Notes: a model not told the origin generated them from the letters alone. Shown: positions 28,880 to 39,493, counted from the stretch's first letter. The stretch is 64,000 nt of DNA from a candidate division KSB3 bacterium (GCA_002748425.1 PDSJ01000014.1:128021-192020); one strand, 5' to 3'. Made by a program: numbers and translations.

Positions 28880-30560
28880 TGCCGAAATACTCGCGCAACA
28901 ATTCTTTGGCATTTTATATCTTTAAACTTGAAGATCAAAACATTATGTGCCATTAAAACGAAAATACCACAAATATTTCTGTCTTTACAAAAAACTTATT
29001 TTTGCATGTATAAAAATTAAAAACTAACAGCCAATAGCTAACAACCCAAAAATAAACTATCATGGCAAGCAAACATATAAAATTTGACTGGGCAATAAAG
29101 CGACTGCTACGCAACAAAGCCAACTTCGAGATAATAGAGGGATTTTTATCGGAGTTGCTAATGTTCGATGTTAAAATTCAAGAAATATTAGAAAGCGAAG
29201 CTAATAAAGAAGATGAAAACGATAAATACAACAACGTAGATATTCTCGTAAAAGATACAGACAACAATTTTATGCTCATAGAAGTTCAAAACGAACGACA
29301 AGATGACTATTACCATCGAATGCTCTATGGACAGGCAAAACTTATATCTGAACGTCTTGATGCGGGCGATGAATACGGTAAACTCACCAAAATTTACTCA
29401 ATCAATATCGTTTACTTTCCACTAGGTGTGGGCAAAGATTATATTTATATTAGTGACGGCGGTTTTAAAGGTATGCATCTAACAAACAAAAAAGATTATA
29501 TAATGCAGAGAAAGTCAGAGATTTATTCACTCAATATTACATAATAAAAGTCAATACATTTAATGACGATGCTGAAAACACCTTAGATGAATGGATTTAC
29601 TTTTTAAAAAACAACGAAATAAAAGATGAATTTCGTGCCAAAGGTTTACAGAAAGCCAAAGAAATTTTACGTGTTGATAATTTATCTCCTGCAGAAAAAC
29701 GAGGTTATGAGATCTTCATTAAAAATCAACGTATTCACCAGTCAGAGATAACAACTGTTTATACTGAGGTACAGTACGAATTTAAAGAAAAATTAGAAGA
29801 AGAACGCAGACAAAAAGAAGAAGCCAGGCAAAAACTCGCAAAAAAAATGATAAAATACGGCGAATCACTTGAAGAAATAATGGAAGAAACTGGTTTAACA
29901 GAAGAAGAAATAAAAAAATTGCAGTAAATAAGTATAAGCAATACACTTTCTTATTAATGAAAAATATGAAGAAATTTTGTCTTTCTTTCGTTAAGAATTC
30001 CCTGAAGAATATGGAAAAGATGAACTTTTGAATAGATTAGGAATGAAAAAAATTAATTGAACTTCAAAAAAATTATGAGCAGACACAAAAGACTTTTAAA
30101 ACTAATATTAATGGAATTTTTTGGGGGTGGAAGAACAGGTTTTATTCCCCCGTGACTTCAAGCAGTTGAGAATTTTATCTCTATCCTCCCCCCTGTCTGC
30201 CAAAAGATACTGGGCAATGAAAGCACAAGGCTATTGCCTGAGTACAATCTGCTGTTGTACCTTATTGTAATACTAGTCCTGAGCGGCATACCATGCGAAT
30301 CCACGGCCAGATGTAATGCTGTGTTGAGCCCCCTTTTATGCGGATCATGTCCTGATTGCCACCTTTCTTCGATAAAGGTGTAACGGATGCCTGCGTTCGC
30401 CTGTGGGGAGAGAGGGATGAACTGGTATGTGCATGATTTACAACATATATGACTTTTTATAGACATATTTTGTATTAAGCGTTGTATAATTAGTGTATTG
30501 TGAAGAAAATTGTATGTCCTAAAATGAACACATTTTATTAGAGAATCTAATGTGTCTCAT
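28880..30560. mobile_element. AT-rich putative horizontally acquired island (degraded)
   Basis: Base composition drops sharply (long A/T runs) relative to both flanks. Contains a frameshifted Rpn/PD-(D/E)XK transposase-family gene and ~600 bp of non-coding DNA. No intact transposase or clear terminal repeats were identified. Confidence 0.4.
29062..29927 (+). pseudogene. Rpn-family / PD-(D/E)XK nuclease putative transposase (TIGR01784-like), frameshifted
   Basis: The N-terminal part (29062-29544) contains the PD-(D/E)XK core (…VDILVKDTDNNFMLIEVQNERQDDY…) and ends at tandem TAA TAA. The family's conserved C-terminal part (…FNDDAENTLDEWIYFLKNNEI…ETGLTEEEIKKLQ) continues in the -1 frame to 29927. 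There is no canonical slippery heptamer at the junction. Confidence 0.6.
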
Positions 30561-30861
30561 ATTTTTTCGTGAAATCTTCGCTGAAAAATACAGAAGTGAA
30601 GAAAGATGTTTACTCGACACTAAACATGTATGGTGCCTGTTTTACGGTGCAGAAAAGAGATCTCTCCCTGTAAAAAGTAAAAAATTTCGAAGGGCCGGGC
30701 CTTGGCATACTTTTCGCTATGACGCTGAAGGTGATTCATCTTTTGACCGTGAGAACTGTGAAATCTATCTTGACAGAATTTGGATAAAGAATGAGATCGG
30801 TAGTAGAGTAAAAAGGTGGAATGTTGCTTTCTATATCTTTTGCCTGTCTTATTGAAATAGC

Positions 30862-31851
30862 ATGTTTAGATCGAAAATTGTAGGCACAGGTTCTTATGTT
30901 CCTGATAAAGTCGTGACCAATACCGACCTTGAGGCTATGGTGGATACCAGTGATCAATGGATTCGGGAGCGGACCGGAATCAAGGAACGGAGAATTGCTC
31001 ATGAAGGTGTGCCGGTGTCCCATTTAGCCTTTGGCGCGGCAGAGCGGGCTCTGAAAAATGCGAGACTGGACCCCCTTGATATTGATTTGATCGTCCTGGG
31101 AACAGTGACGCCCGACATGCCGATGCCTTCGACGGCCTGTATCGTTCAGGGAAAGCTTGGAGCAAGCAATGCAGTGGCGTTTGACGTCTCCGCAGCGTGC
31201 AGCGGTTTTCTCTATGCACTTACGATCGGAGATCAGTTTATCCGCACTGGCATGTATGAACGTGTGATGGTGATCGGTGCTGATATGTTTTCACGCGTTG
31301 TAGACTGGTCCAATCGCGAAACCTGCATTTTGTTTGCCGACGGTGCAGGAGCGATGATTCTCGAAGCGACCGGTGTTGATGATGAATGCCGCGTGATTAA
31401 GTCGACTCACGTCTTTTCGGATGGACGGAAGGGAGATAAACTGTACATTCCCGGCGGAGGTTCTCTGAATCCGACCAGTCATGATACGCTCCATGAAGGC
31501 ATGCACTATGTCAGGATGAAGGGCAACGATTTGTTCAAAATCGCCGTGCGGACAATGGTGAACGCTGGAAAGCTTGCATTGAAGCATAATGGCTTAACGG
31601 TCAACGATCTTGATTTGGTTATTCCCCATCAGGCGAATATACGCATCATGGAAGCGATTGCGAAAAAATTACGCTTCCCGATGGAAAAGGTGATGGTGAC
31701 GATTGACTATTACGGGAATTCATCGGCAGCGACCGTACCGATTGCCTTTGATAAAGCGCTTCATACAGCGAGATTGAAAGATGGCGATACAGCGCTTGCC
31801 GTAGCCTTTGGAGCCGGTGTCACCTGGGGAGCGGCCCTGATTCAGTGGTAG
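30862..31851 (+). CDS. fabH: beta-ketoacyl-ACP synthase III
   Basis: MFRSKIVGTGSYVPDKVVTNTDLE…, active-site Cys region (AACSGF), C-terminal His/Asn motifs. 329 aa. Confidence 0.9.
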   Translation: MFRSKIVGTGSYVPDKVVTNTDLEAMVDTSDQWIRERTGIKERRIAHEGVPVSHLAFGAAERALKNARLDPLDIDLIVLGTVTPDMPMPSTACIVQGKLGASNAVAFDVSAACSGFLYALTIGDQFIRTGMYERVMVIGADMFSRVVDWSNRETCILFADGAGAMILEATGVDDECRVIKSTHVFSDGRKGDKLYIPGGGSLNPTSHDTLHEGMHYVRMKGNDLFKIAVRTMVNAGKLALKHNGLTVNDLDLVIPHQANIRIMEAIAKKLRFPMEKVMVTIDYYGNSSAATVPIAFDKALHTARLKDGDTALAVAFGAGVTWGAALIQW

Positions 31852-31927
31852 AAAGTCCTTGGTTTCAGAAGATAAAATCTCAAACATCATCGTAATGCTT
31901 ATAACATGACAAAAAGGAGAAGATATC

Positions 31928-32161
31928 ATGGCTGTTGATATGGATAAAGTCAAAAAAATTGTTGCAGAACAACTTGGTGTCGACGTGAGTGAAGTGACTG
32001 CAGAATCGTCTTTTATTGACGATCTTGGCGCAGATTCATTGGATACTGTAGAACTGGTTATGGCACTGGAAGAAGAATTTAGTATCGAGATTCCTGACGA
32101 AGACGCGGAAAAAATTTCAACCGTGAAAGACGCGATGGCTTACATTGAGGCGCACTGCTGA
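31928..32161 (+). CDS. acpP: acyl carrier protein
   Basis: 77 aa. [20 protein letters not shown] phosphopantetheine attachment motif. RBS AAGGAGAAG. Confidence 0.92.
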   Translation: MAVDMDKVKKIVAEQLGVDVSEVTAESSFIDDLGADSLDTVELVMALEEEFSIEIPDEDAEKISTVKDAMAYIEAHC

Positions 32162-32322
32162 AAGTGCTTGCCACGCAAACGATTCAGCATCAGTGAACAG
32201 CATGATCAGAGCAAGTCGACTGGCCATGCCTTCAAGATACGAACTCCTGGCAGGAACGGGAACGAATATGTTCCTGAGCAGGGAATGATGGATTGTTTAA
32301 ACACACAATGAACACGAGAATT

Positions 32323-33567
32323 ATGAAAAAGCGAGTAGTTATTACAGGAATGGGTACCGTCAATGCTATCGGGAATAATGTAGAGACTTTTTGGAAAAAC
32401 GCTCAAGCCGGCATATCAGGAACAGATACGATCACACGTTTCGATCCCTCTGCTCTTTCTTCACGGGTTGCGGCGGAATTAAAGGATTTCGATGCGACGG
32501 ATTTTATTGATAAAAAAGAAGCTAAAAGAATGGATCCGTTTGTACATTATGCGATTGCTTCCGCAGATATGGCCATTGCAGACTCCGAACTGGATCTCGA
32601 TAAAATCAATCAACAGCGTATGGGGGTTGCGCTGGGGTCTGGAATGGGAGGCATGCAGACCTTTGAAACCCAGCATAAAGTGTTTCTGGAGAGAGGCCCC
32701 GGCCGTGTATCGCCTTTTTTTATTCCGATGGAAATCATCAATATGGCGTCCGGTCACCTGTCCATACGTTATGGCCTGAGAGGGGCAAACTTTGCTGTTG
32801 CAACAGCATGTGCAACCGGTTCTCATGCGATCGGTGAAGCTCTGCGCTGGATTCAGCGTGGTGAAATGGATCTGATGCTGGCCGGTGGTTCTGAGGCCAC
32901 AGTGACGGCGCTGGCGATTGCCGGTTTTGGCAATATGAAGGCGCTTTCAACGCATAACGATGAACCGGCCCGCGCAAGCCGCCCGTTTGATAAAACCCGT
33001 AACGGTTTTGTCATTGGCGAAGGCAGTGCTGTTTTTGTACTGGAATCTCTGGACCATGCCTTGGCGCGTAATGCTGAAATTTATGCCGAGCTGATCGGGT
33101 ACTCCACGACAGGTGACGGCTATCACATCACCAGTCCCGACCCGGAAGCAAAAGGTGTAACTACCTGTATGAAGAATGCTATTGCAGATGCAGAGATCGT
33201 TCCTGAAGATGTCTCCTATATCAATGCACACGGCACCTCAACGCCGTTCAATGATAAATTCGAAACCAAAGCGGTCAAACAAGTGTTCAACGGCCATTCA
33301 AAAAAGCTGGCGATCAGCTCAACAAAATCCATGATCGGACATTGTCTCGGCGCTGCCGGCGCAATTGAACTGATCGCGACTGTGATGGCCGTCAAAAATG
33401 ACATCGTGCCGCCGACCATCAATTATGAAAATCCCGATCCTGATTGTGATCTGGATTATGTCCCGAACAACGCGCGCAGCATGACTGTGGATGTGGCGAT
33501 GTCGAATTCCTTCGGCTTTGGCGGAACGAACGCCACTCTCGTGGTCAAGAAATACTCCGAAAATTAA
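32323..33567 (+). CDS. fabF: beta-ketoacyl-ACP synthase II
   Basis: MKKRVVITGMGTVNAIG…, active-site Cys (ATACATGSHAIG), HGTSTP and GHCLGAAG motifs. Start set at the ATG matching the canonical FabF N-terminus. Confidence 0.9.
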   Translation: MKKRVVITGMGTVNAIGNNVETFWKNAQAGISGTDTITRFDPSALSSRVAAELKDFDATDFIDKKEAKRMDPFVHYAIASADMAIADSELDLDKINQQRMGVALGSGMGGMQTFETQHKVFLERGPGRVSPFFIPMEIINMASGHLSIRYGLRGANFAVATACATGSHAIGEALRWIQRGEMDLMLAGGSEATVTALAIAGFGNMKALSTHNDEPARASRPFDKTRNGFVIGEGSAVFVLESLDHALARNAEIYAELIGYSTTGDGYHITSPDPEAKGVTTCMKNAIADAEIVPEDVSYINAHGTSTPFNDKFETKAVKQVFNGHSKKLAISSTKSMIGHCLGAAGAIELIATVMAVKNDIVPPTINYENPDPDCDLDYVPNNARSMTVDVAMSNSFGFGGTNATLVVKKYSEN

Positions 33568-33584
33568 GCGGTCTTTGTTGTACC

Positions 33585-33625
33585 ATTCAACTCCTGGAAG
33601 AAGCGGGGTTGAATGGTACGTAAGC
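33585..33625 (+). other. 11-bp-stem hairpin between fabF and the TolC-family gene (no U-tract)
   Basis: GTACCATTCAA-ctcctggaagaagcgggg-TTGAATGGTAC. Confidence 0.3.
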
Positions 33626-33731
33626 GTAACTTCCCACGTCTGAGGGGTAACGTTTCTTCCGGACGCGTTGTGATATTGCCATTTTCCCTCCATAAGCAGT
33701 GTGGATATGACGTGACTGTGAACAAAGCGCA

Positions 33732-35123
33732 ATGGTACGATATTTTTTCACCCTCCTCTTTTTTACAGCCGCTTTTATCTTGTGCGGGCATTCGGTTTTG
33801 GCTGCTGATAACGAGGCGACCCTCTCGTTTGAAGAGGCTGTCGCACTGGCGCTGAAACAGAATTTACAGCTCCAGTCTATTCAAGATCGTGTAACTAGTG
33901 CCACGATTTCGCTTGGGGCAGCTCTTGCTGATTTCAAACTGAAGGTGCATCCTGAAATTTCCGGATTCTATCAGCAAGATGAGACGTTGGATCGCAGCTA
34001 CGGCATACGATTCACTAAGCAGTTCAGATATGGAGGCGAACTCTCCTGGGAGGCGAAAACGTTCGTTGACGACAGCCTCGATGAGGAGTACCGTACCGAC
34101 CTTGGTGTGAATTATCGCCAGCCTTTATTGAAAGGGCGCGGAACGCTTCCGACGACTCAGACTCTGTTGTCTGCCGAGCAAAACGTCCGGACACAGCAGC
34201 GGGCGCTAATCCTGGGACGGCAGCGTTTGATCGTGCAGGTGGCGGCTTCTTATTATGGAATTATCCGGGATCGCATGATGATTGCCGTCAATGAGCGTTC
34301 CGTAGAGCGTACGCAATTATTGTACAGGGCTGCCGAGGCAAAACTGAAAGTCGGCATGGCCTCAAAAATGGATGTCTTTCGGGCGAAACTCCAGACTCTG
34401 ACTGCCGAGAACAGCCTTGTGGATGCTCATGCGTCGCTTGAACACGCCAAACGGCGTTTTAACCTCTTACTGGGAGCTGAGATCGAGACAGAATACCTGT
34501 TTCCTTCGACGCTGGACTATCATCCCATTGCGCTTGAGCCCGCTCTCTTGCTTCAGACGGCTCAGGAGAAGCGGCTGGAGATTCAGGATGCCCGTGAGCG
34601 CATTGCCGAATCAGAGCGGCAGCTCAAAATTGCGACGCAGAATTTGCTGCCTCCGCTGGATCTGTCGTTGAGCTATACGCTCAGAGGAGAGGGGAATGCC
34701 TTTGAAAAGAGCCTTGAGCTGGATGACGGCTTCTGGGGGATTGGTATGACTTCCTCTTTCGATCTGAATCTTGCGCAGGAACGTGCAGCTTTTCAACAGG
34801 CCAAACTGAGCCTGAACGCCGCTGTTCGAGCGCTCAAAGCAACACAAAACACCATCACTTCGGAAGTCTTACAGGCGATTACCAAGGTCAGGCAGGCTGA
34901 AGCCCGCGTTGGACTCCAGAAACAAAGTATGGTTCAGGCTGAGAAACAGTTAAAACTTTCAGGGCTGCGCTATAAAAAGGGATTGAGCGACAACCTGGAT
35001 GTCGTACATGCTGAAGAGAATTTTGTGAAAGCCAAAAATAGCTACTATTCTGCGATCGTCCAACATCTGGTTGCCTCACGACAATTGCAACAGGCTACTG
35101 GTACGCTGACAGAAGCATTTTAA
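33732..35123 (+). CDS. TolC-family outer membrane efflux protein
   Basis: Signal peptide. Two repeats of the TolC coiled-coil/β-barrel repeat unit. N-terminal LSFEEAVALALKQNLQLQ is typical of the OEP family. Confidence 0.75.
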   Translation: MVRYFFTLLFFTAAFILCGHSVLAADNEATLSFEEAVALALKQNLQLQSIQDRVTSATISLGAALADFKLKVHPEISGFYQQDETLDRSYGIRFTKQFRYGGELSWEAKTFVDDSLDEEYRTDLGVNYRQPLLKGRGTLPTTQTLLSAEQNVRTQQRALILGRQRLIVQVAASYYGIIRDRMMIAVNERSVERTQLLYRAAEAKLKVGMASKMDVFRAKLQTLTAENSLVDAHASLEHAKRRFNLLLGAEIETEYLFPSTLDYHPIALEPALLLQTAQEKRLEIQDARERIAESERQLKIATQNLLPPLDLSLSYTLRGEGNAFEKSLELDDGFWGIGMTSSFDLNLAQERAAFQQAKLSLNAAVRALKATQNTITSEVLQAITKVRQAEARVGLQKQSMVQAEKQLKLSGLRYKKGLSDNLDVVHAEENFVKAKNSYYSAIVQHLVASRQLQQATGTLTEAF

Positions 35124-35252
35124 CGTCCTCCCTCCGGGCGTTCATCTCTGAAGACACTACGTGATGCTGAAAACGCACTGCGAGAGGAGCGCGAAATCGG
35201 GTGTCCCGAAAAATGCTCGGGACACCTTAACCATCGGGTCATTGTGCCGTGT

Positions 35253-36488
35253 TTATCTCAGGCGGTAGGTCATTCCGAGGAACAAACCAGTTTCCAGATC
35301 GTCATTGCCGTTATTGTCGATTCCATCATCAAGATGAGTCAGGCTTAGAGTTGTATCAAAATTGATTTTATTCGAAATATAATAGCGAAACGTGCTGGAG
35401 AGTTTATTTGAGATAATATTTTCCACGTCGCTGTCTGACGGAGCTGTAACAACCAGATTCCACAGATTTTCCCAGTCGATCCGATCGGAGACTTCATAAG
35501 TCGCGGACAGCGCATTGCTAATCTGGTGGACAACATCGTCGTCCAGGATCGTTGAATAACTCAGCCGTTCGATCAACTGCATGCGATACACATACGGGAG
35601 TGCGTATTCAAACGCAAGATCCAGCGACGGGTCGCTTTCACTGCCGTCATAGTTCGAGAGAATGAAACCGAGTCCGCCTCGTACGGTCCAGCCATATCTG
35701 CGCGAGCTGAAGACTTCATTCACAAGGATTTCCCGAATTCTGATAATCCCCATCGCGCCTAGTGCATCTTCTGTCAAGACGCCTTCTTCCCGGAAGACTT
35801 GCTCCATGGCCTCAAACCAGTATTTTTCGTACTCGACAGGGCCGTGTTTGCTCTCGAATTCTTTTTCTTTATCGATAATGCCGGCCAGTTGCATATAGGC
35901 ATCATCCGACAGATCGTTGGTGATGACGTCATATTTCAATAAATCTTCGACCACGCGTATAGCTTTGGCTAAGACGGTGGCATCGATTACCCGCCCGTAG
36001 CCGGCACCAAAGCCTATTTTAGCGTATGGGTCATCAGCATCATCGGCACCAAGTGATTTGCGGTAGCCGGTCTCTGCAGAGCCAAAGCCAAAGACCTTAG
36101 TGTCACGATAATATTTGTCTACCGACGTGCGGGCAGTTAGATCATAGCCTTGTTCGTCATCAGCGCCCTCTTCAGCGCTGCGTTCGATGTCAAGCGTCCC
36201 GTCGATTTTCAGTAACCATGTGAAGGGCAGCGAACTGTATTGTGTATCATAGTTCGCCAGCAGGGTACCACTGTAACTCGTTTGACCACTCTCACAATCA
36301 TCGCCGAGACATTCTTCATCGGTCAGACGGTTATCCCCTCGACTCTGGAGGCTGAAATTTCCAGAGACATAGGCTTCTTTGTAAAAGCTGTCAGGGTTGG
36401 TATAATCGGTTAAGCTAACCGCTGATGCCGTCAATACCGGGAAAATCATCATACATACGGCGATCATAAGACTTATACGTTTTCTCAT
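35253..36488 (-). CDS. secreted/outer-membrane protein of unknown function
   Basis: Signal peptide MRKRISLMIAVCMMIFPVLTASA. Alternating β-strand-like pattern, acidic, ends …GMTYRLR. No family recognised. Confidence 0.4.
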   Translation of the reverse strand: MRKRISLMIAVCMMIFPVLTASAVSLTDYTNPDSFYKEAYVSGNFSLQSRGDNRLTDEECLGDDCESGQTSYSGTLLANYDTQYSSLPFTWLLKIDGTLDIERSAEEGADDEQGYDLTARTSVDKYYRDTKVFGFGSAETGYRKSLGADDADDPYAKIGFGAGYGRVIDATVLAKAIRVVEDLLKYDVITNDLSDDAYMQLAGIIDKEKEFESKHGPVEYEKYWFEAMEQVFREEGVLTEDALGAMGIIRIREILVNEVFSSRRYGWTVRGGLGFILSNYDGSESDPSLDLAFEYALPYVYRMQLIERLSYSTILDDDVVHQISNALSATYEVSDRIDWENLWNLVVTAPSDSDVENIISNKLSSTFRYYISNKINFDTTLSLTHLDDGIDNNGNDDLETGLFLGMTYRLR

Positions 36489-36839
36489 CTAGTATTCCTC
36501 CTGCTTCGCATGCAATCAACCATCCTTCCAAGCTGCTTTCTTCATGAACAACGCGAACGGTCTCAAAGCATGCTAAGATTATGAAACGATTTTCGTATGC
36601 GAACAATACACAGTGCGTATCGTTGCAATTTGAATCGAAAGCAACTGAACGAAATTACCGAAATATAAACAGCCGCATACAGATCTCAAAGACGTTTGTA
36701 ATTCGGCTGTTATGACAATAACTTCAATTCCAAAATAATGCAATACTTATACCATTGGTTCTTTTGGCATGTCGGGCCTATGCAGAGTCAGCACAGCGTG
36801 TGATATTGAGAACATTTGCAGTATAGACTATATATATGG

Positions 36840-36881
36840 ATCGCTCTGCATCAATGTGTACACACATTGATGCAGAGCGAT
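36840..36881. repeat. 42-bp perfect palindrome (20-bp arms, 2-nt centre)
   Basis: ATCGCTCTGCATCAATGTGT-ac-ACACATTGATGCAGAGCGAT. The right arm is the exact reverse complement of the left arm. Sits in a 1.2 kb gene-free gap. Confidence 0.8.
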
Positions 36882-37702
36882 GTTCACCTTATTCCCTAAA
36901 ATCAGGAAATACCAGGAGTGGAATGAGAAACGCCGGGACTCCGGTTTTATACGGCAGAACCGTCGCCTATCTACCTGGACAAAGAAGACGCTTTTCCAGA
37001 GGATTTTCTCCAGTTAAGCTAATCGGAAAAATGGTTTCTGCTATATCGGAAATAAAATTTCTTCTCATGTCGCTTCAAAAAACAGCTGTGTCAAAAATGG
37101 TCAATCTGTGACGCAATACGTGACATGTGCAGAATAGGCTATGATGATATTTCACATGAGTGTCGCCTTTAATTGGGGAGTTACTCTGATGGAATTCTCC
37201 TGATATCAGCTATAAGGCTTCGTCCGGAAGGGGGTGAGCTTTAGACTCTCCGATTCGACATACACAAACAGGCTGGCGTCAGTGCTGGCCGTTTTGATAA
37301 TCTGTTCATCACTGTCTTACCTCTTGGCGCTTTTTCCGATTAGCTTTCCAAATTTGTAAGGCTCGTTGAGGAACATTTTGAGAATCTGCACTTCTTTTTC
37401 AAGGCGCGTGCTCTGGCTTCATGGCGAGGTTCTGCAAATTTTGACTGTTTGAAAAGACTGGGGGCAGATCTTTGCGCTTCCTGGCCAAGGACTCTCTTCA
37501 AAAAAATTTTGTCATGTTCGTGAACGAAATCAGAAGGATCGCTTCCGAATAGAGAACTGTCGCTGGAGCCCAGCAGGATCGTCAGGGACTCAGCAGCAGG
37601 CAGGCTGAATCAGCTTTGTTTTTACTTGACAGTGCGTGGTCGCAGAATAATTTTACGCCTGTTTGTACTCGAATACTTATGAACGTTTTGTGGGAGAAAA
37701 CG

Positions 37703-39493
37703 ATGAAAATTGTTTGGAAAATGTTGTCTTTCTGGCTCGGAGCACTGTTTTTGAGTCTGATGATCGATGTGGCTCCGTTATACGCTCAATTGACTGAAAG
37801 CCGTAAAGATGTCGTGCCTGAAGTTGAGGCGCCGAAAAGTGAACAGGAGATCAAGGATTCTCTTTCGATCGCCACGCTTCGGGGAATTATTCAGGCAACT
37901 GAAGCTGTCGACGAACAATTGGCTCAAAAGAATCAGGAGTACCATGATGCCATTTCCGGTGATGAAGTCGTTGCTGAAAATGTCAAAGTACAGCTTCTCA
38001 CGAAAATTGAAGAGCTCAATGAACGTCGCCAGGAACTTCAGCAAGATTTTGAAGGTATTGCCACCGGGGTCGATTCTAGAAAGTACAATGAGACACCGAC
38101 GAAAATTTTTGACTGGCAGCAAGAATTGCTGGATATGCTGCAGCCAATTATGAGTGAATTAAAAACGATCACGGCGCGTCCGCGAGAGCTGGAACGCCTT
38201 CGGAATGAGGTGAAGTTTTATCAGAAGCGATTAAGTGCCCTTGAGCTTGGCATTGAAAATGTCAAGCGAAAGGTGGAATTGGCAAAGGCCCGTAAACTGA
38301 AAAATCAGCTCCTCGATGTGAAAACTGCGTGGGAAGAATCCGCACTGGAAATACAAGGGGAGCTTGCCGTTGCCCAGTATCAACTGGATGAACGACTCAA
38401 AGTCGAAGAATCGTTCATTAAATCAGCGAAAGAGACCTTCAGGAGTTTCTTTAAAAACCGGGGCTTTAATCTTATTCTGGCTCTGTCAAGTTTTCTTACC
38501 GTATTTTCGTTTATGCGTCTTATTCAACGACGCTTTTACAAAAGCATTCAAGTTGGCGTGAAGGGGAAGCGTCCTTTTTGGATACGTTTACTTGGCGTGG
38601 TGTATCATTTACTGACTCTCTTCATTGCGACTGTTGCCCTGCTGATCGTGCTATATGTTTCAGGAGACTGGGTTTTACTGGGCTTGGCGCTGATTTTTTT
38701 ATTTGGGATTGCCTGGACGGGAAAACAGGCATTGCCTCGTTTCTGGGAACAGACAAAGCTTTTTCTCAATTTAAGTACGGTTCGTGAAGGTGAGCGTGTC
38801 ATCTATAACGATCTGCCTTGGAAAGTCTTGTCCCTCAGCATTTATACCAAGCTCCATAACCCTGCGTTGAAGGGTGGCTTAATCAGGCTACCTTTGCAGG
38901 AATTGATCGGCTTGCACTCACGCCCCTTTTATAAAGATGAACCTTGGTTCCCAAGTCAGGAAGGAGATCTGGTCAAATTGGCTGATGGGACAATTGGGAC
39001 TGTGATTTTGCAAACCCCAGAACGTGTCGTCCTGGATATCCTGGGCGGAAGTCATAAGACCTATCCAACATCTTCTTTTCTTCAGCAGAACCCGATGAAT
39101 TATTCGATCAATAATTTTGGGGTCTTTGTCACATTCGGTCTTGACTATGCCCATCAGTCGCTCATCACACGAGATATTCCCAAAAGATTGGAGAACATGC
39201 TCGTAGAGGAACTGTCAAAAGAGCAGTTCGGACAGGAGATGAGCCAGCTGGAGGTCCGGTTTAAGGAAGCGGCAGCATCGTCGCTGGATTTAATTATCAT
39301 TGCAAAGTTTCCCGGGCATCTTGCCTCAAATATTTTCGCGATCCGGAGAGCGATTCAACGGATCGCAGTGGATGCGTGTAATAAATACGGATGGGGAATT
39401 CCGTTCCCCCAGGTGACGATTCACAGTGCAGTCCCTCATCTCTTGCAGGAAACCGTCAATCAGAACGAACAATCAGGCAGCACAGGGATGTAG
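37703..39493 (+). CDS. mechanosensitive channel, MscS/MscK family, with N-terminal periplasmic coiled-coil domain
   Basis: Signal peptide, long coiled coil, then TM helices. MscS core (…GERVIYNDLPWKVLSLSIYTKLHNPALKGGLIRLPLQELIG…) and C-terminal α/β domain. RBS GGGAG before the ATG at 37703. Confidence 0.65.
   Translation: MKIVWKMLSFWLGALFLSLMIDVAPLYAQLTESRKDVVPEVEAPKSEQEIKDSLSIATLRGIIQATEAVDEQLAQKNQEYHDAISGDEVVAENVKVQLLTKIEELNERRQELQQDFEGIATGVDSRKYNETPTKIFDWQQELLDMLQPIMSELKTITARPRELERLRNEVKFYQKRLSALELGIENVKRKVELAKARKLKNQLLDVKTAWEESALEIQGELAVAQYQLDERLKVEESFIKSAKETFRSFFKNRGFNLILALSSFLTVFSFMRLIQRRFYKSIQVGVKGKRPFWIRLLGVVYHLLTLFIATVALLIVLYVSGDWVLLGLALIFLFGIAWTGKQALPRFWEQTKLFLNLSTVREGERVIYNDLPWKVLSLSIYTKLHNPALKGGLIRLPLQELIGLHSRPFYKDEPWFPSQEGDLVKLADGTIGTVILQTPERVVLDILGGSHKTYPTSSFLQQNPMNYSINNFGVFVTFGLDYAHQSLITRDIPKRLENMLVEELSKEQFGQEMSQLEVRFKEAAASSLDLIIIAKFPGHLASNIFAIRRAIQRIAVDACNKYGWGIPFPQVTIHSAVPHLLQETVNQNEQSGSTGM

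Noticed and set aside
29460-29470. Possible programmed -1 frameshift site (T TTT AAA G) at the Rpn-like gene junction
   Set aside because: The heptamer does not fit the X XXY YYZ slippery pattern in the zero frame, and no downstream pseudoknot-like structure is evident. Treated as a pseudogene.
30158-30466. 102-aa minus-strand ORF within the island's GC-richer segment
   Set aside because: Cys/His-rich nonsense-like translation. No RBS. The region looks structured and non-coding.
30550-30855. 101-aa ORF immediately upstream of fabH
   Set aside because: AT-rich leader region. No RBS or recognisable domain. Probably the fabH promoter/leader.
36836-37111. 91-aa ORF overlapping the 42-bp palindrome
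   Set aside because: No RBS. Its first residues are encoded by the palindrome itself. Low-complexity product. More likely non-coding.
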